A stretch of DNA of 64,000 nucleotides from Pristiophorus japonicus. Lineage: Eukaryota. Shown here piece after piece: positions 60,376 to 64,000 of the stretch. The number at the start of each line of letters is the position of its first letter. Within the stretch, counting starts at the first letter, position 1. Where the stretch lies: positions 41,478,001-41,542,000 of the forward strand of contig NC_091985.1 of NCBI RefSeq assembly GCF_044704955.1, read 5' to 3'. The notes under the pieces were generated by a model. The model saw only the letters and a program-made list of their open reading frames with translations. It did not search any database and was not told the origin of the DNA. The position numbers were made by a program, and so were the translations under genes.

Positions 60376-63300
60376 CTTTATCCAGTGATCCAGAGAGGGA
60401 TGTACTGAGCCATGTGTGTTGCATCAAGTTCTGCTGCTGATGGCCCACAATGCCTCATGGATGCTCCGTTATGGGTTATTAGTCTGTCCCACTTATCATA
60501 GTGGTAGTGTAAAACTGCACAATCGAGCATGCCCACACTGTGGGAATGAGACCTGTTCTTCACATGGACTGTATTTCTATCACTGCTATCATAGGCAGGC
60601 ATGTCTGTGACAGGTAGGTTGGTGAGGATGAAGTTGGGTAGATTGCTTCCTTTTGATGGTTCCCTCACAAGCCTACTCTACCAGTTATGTTCTTCAGGGC
60701 TTGGTTGGTTGTGCTAATACCAAGCTACTTTTGATGGACAGTGAAGTCCCGAACCCAAACTACATTCTGTGCTCCTTCAGAGTTTCCTTCAAATTAAATT
60801 TAACATGAAGGAATACTGATTCATCCATTGAGAAATGGATGAAAGGTTTCCTTGACATCGTTTGACCTGGAATTATGAAACCTCATGGGTTCAGAGTCCG
60901 TGTTGAGGACTCTTGGGACTGATTCCACTCAAACAGATAATCACTGTGCTCCCACCTCTGGTGGTTCTCTTATGCGATGGGACAGGACATACCCAGGGAT
61001 GGAAGTGGATATGATTCCATAGATATGACTAAGCTTTTGATTGACTACTCTGTGCTTCTCCCAACTTGGGAATCAGTTCCCAGATGTCAATGTAAAAGAC
61101 TTTTCAGGGTTGACGGGGCTGAGATTGTCTAAGTTTTGGCTTAATATGATGCCTGGGTTCTTGCCGAAATGTAGGTCAGATTTTTCAAACATTTATTTTT
61201 GAACTTAATAGTGAATGTTTACAACTGAGCGGCTTACTAGGCTACTACAGAGGGCAGAAAATATCAATCATGTAGTGTGGAACTGTAGTGCATGTAAACT
61301 AATCCAGCAAGGAGGTGTGGCAGACTTCATTTGAATGACATTAGCAAACAAGTTGTGTTTTCATGATCATCTGCAAGCTTCCACACTTTTGTTGTTGCTA
61401 GCCAACCAATTTCCTGAATTATTGATTTTGAATTTCAGAATTTGCTGTGCTAAGTTTTGACCCTAGAGATCTCGTGTAGTAATATAACCACCAGGCTATG
61501 TACCCACATGAAACCAGTGCCACGTACTTGATCGCATTCATGCTATCACCGTATCCATGTCTTGGCTTTGAGTAGCTGGGCCCAAAGAGCAATTTCTCAA
61601 CCAGAGATTAGTTTTTTTTAACTATGTGCATTCCACTTCCAAACTGGGCCATGAGACCCCAGAAAATAATTAAAATAGAAAGGGTGGGAGAAGATGAGGT
61701 TTAAAAACTAAGACCACAGGTCGATACACTGATGAGAATATTCATTGAGGGCACCAAACAAATCCTTAATCTTTCACCTTTAATTCTTCAGGGAACATTC
61801 TGGGGTTGACCTTAAGAGTTAAAGATGCCTAAATTTGGCTTGCCACATGGTCTTGCATTAAGCCATTCAGATCATATTAGTATTTACACACCAACCTCCT
61901 ATCCGTGCAAGCTACTAAATGAATAAATTAACCCATGCTAATTATCATGCAAGTCAGAAAATAAAGTCATGAACTAGCAAATGTTTACTAGCCTTAAGAA
62001 TCATGGTTAGCAACACTTAAACAACGAGTAGGCAAGTAATTAGTAGATAGGATTAACTAATAACAGTTGTGGGTAAAACTGGTTGCCTCTCCTTCCCCTG
62101 GGGGAATGGTGTTAGCCTTCTGAGATGCCAGTGATGAACCTCCATCTGTAGAGGTGCTATGCATTCCCCCAGGATCTTCGGCTCCTGGGACAAGTAACTT
62201 TCCACATTGGTAGTTGTATCTGGACTAACTGGCTTAAATCTCCCCCCTTGATCTCAGTTATAGAAGTTAGATGTACTTTATATAATTTCTGATTGTACAC
62301 AATTACCCTTCTGCATACACTAGACAAAGAAATCCTACATCTTCTATTATAAAGACTAAAGGAACTGGAACTAAATAAAGAACTGAAGACTTTAGCATCC
62401 AAAACAATATCTTGTGTATTAATTCCCAGAGAAACTTCCTCAATTCTGTTGAGCAATCTGAGTGACATATACTCGAAGGGATTAACCTTTTTGGTGTTGA
62501 TGATCTCATAGCCCTGTTGCTACCCTTCGATGGCCTGCAAATCAATAAAGCACCAGCCCTAGACATGCTTGGTTGTTTGTTTACTCCCAGCATCTCAAGC
62601 CTTTGCTAACAAAGGGGTCGCACTCAGTCCTAGTTATCCTTGGGTATAGTAATGCTAGTCACTCACGGTAGCAAGCTGAACTTCTTGCATTTAGGGAGTG
62701 TTCTCGTACCATCCATGGTACTATAAACTATGGGTATAATGATAGTATCCCCTTGTGAGCGGTACTGATTATTGGTGTCTTTTACACGTACTTCTTCAAT
62801 CTTTTTGAAGGCAGATCAAAAAAGTACTTGATTCAATCAGCGCAATTTGTCTTTGTGTAATAAAAAATAATGAACACACTATGCTTTCCAACATCAGTGG
62901 GTCAACCTGGTAAAACAAAATAACTTCTAACTATCCTCCTTCATTTTCCTCCTGAGCCTGACTAAAATTCTCCCTCACAACTTTGTTTGAAACCTCACGA
63001 ACTGCACAATCTTTGCTGAAGCGTACGGCTGTCGGTCCCTCTATCTATTTTTATTTCCCTCTGCTCACATTAAGAAAGGACCAAAGACTTTCCAACACAA
63101 GGGTTGTTAGGTATTTATTGATTGCTTAGAGAGGGTAAGAAATTCCTTATTATTTATAGTCTATGGGGAAACAATAACAGCAAAGTTTAGTTCATTAACC
63201 ACCTATTATCATGGTGTCTTTTTAAACATTTTGTGATTGCACTTTGATGTGAAAACTCAATATTTAAAAGGAGCTCCAAACTCTTTCTGTGGCTAAGTAG

Positions 63301-63404
63301 TCAACAAAATCTTGAAAAGTGACACCAGTATTCATCAGCATCTTCAGAAGTGTGTCGGGGAAAAAAAAAATCAGGTTAATATTGTAACAGAAACCCAAGG
63401 GATT

Positions 63405-64000
63405 TCAATAGAATCTTACAGCACAGAAGGAGGCCATTCAGCCCTTCGTGCCTGCGCTAGTTCTTTAAATGAACTATCGAATTAGTCCCATCCCCCACTC
63501 TTTCCCCATTGCCCTGCAAATTTGACCTTTTCAAGTATATATTCAATTCCCTTTTAAAAGTTACTATTGAATTTGCTTTCACCACCCTTTCAGGCAGTGC
63601 ATTCCAGATCATAACAATTTGCTGTTTTAAAAACATCGAAACATAGAAGTTTACAGCGCAGAAAGAGGCCATTCCGGCTCATCGTGTCTGCGCCGGCCGA
63701 CAAAGAGCCGCGTGGCCCTCAGTCAGCAGCCCTAAAGGTTACATATAAACCTATGAACAATGGGGGGAAAATAAAGAGCACCCAGCCCGACCAGTCCGCC
63801 CCACACAACTGCGACACCCCTTGCACTGAAACATTCTCCATTCCACCCCAACTGGAGCCATGTGATCTCCTGGGAGAGGCAAAAACCAGATTAAAAACTT
63901 GGGCCAATTGGGGGAAAAAAATTTGGGAAAATTCCTCTCTCACCCATCCAGGGGATCGAAATTAGTCCAGGAGATTTAAAAAAAAAATCTCATCTCCCCT
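63405..64000 (-). mobile_element. CR1 3' fragment with a second CR1-tailed element nested at about 63632-63975
   Basis: atagaatcttacagcacagaaggaggccattc tail; a second tail gaaacatagaagtttacagcgcagaaagaggccattc; the host resumes at the A-run near 63976. Confidence 0.75.

Larger units (their letters stand above)
57465..61500 (-). mobile_element. Old CR1/L2-group LINE of a different family, heavily decayed and interrupted several times
   Basis: Minus ORFs REPSKGSNLPNFILTNLPV..HYHYDKWDR..MRHCGPSAAEL, TIKPGDQPWF and KAPVKSVKEYSPLAW appear in collinear order. Confidence 0.7.

Noticed and set aside
1-64000. CRISPR arrays, rRNA, operons or prokaryotic defence systems
   Set aside because: No regularly spaced repeats or prokaryotic gene organisation; all RT and nuclease motifs belong to eukaryotic retrotransposons.

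Overview
This is vertebrate nuclear DNA, very probably from a shark or other cartilaginous fish. That is inferred from the repeat content: abundant CR1 LINEs with (CATAGAAA)n-type tails, RTE and L2 LINEs, Deu-domain SacSINE1-like SINEs and GGGCC-terminated MITEs. Most of the window is transposon-derived and looks like the inside of a large intron. The only plausible host coding feature is one 52-nt candidate exon on the + strand (22795-22846), and I cannot name the gene. Main contents: many 5'-truncated CR1 copies (one with an uninterrupted 629-aa ORF2 segment), a complete but decayed Mag-like Gypsy element, a Harbinger-type element carrying only a spliced Myb/SANT gene plus related MITEs, a pogo/Tigger transposase remnant, and several nested insertions. 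I found no clearly new biological system. The best second-look items are an RTE LINE with twin-priming 5'-inversion geometry, two inverted CR1 copies that share a private frameshift deletion and bracket the candidate exon, a templated duplication inside an RTE, and two decayed coding-like fossils I cannot classify. Repeat boundaries were read by eye and are approximate unless terminal motifs are quoted.
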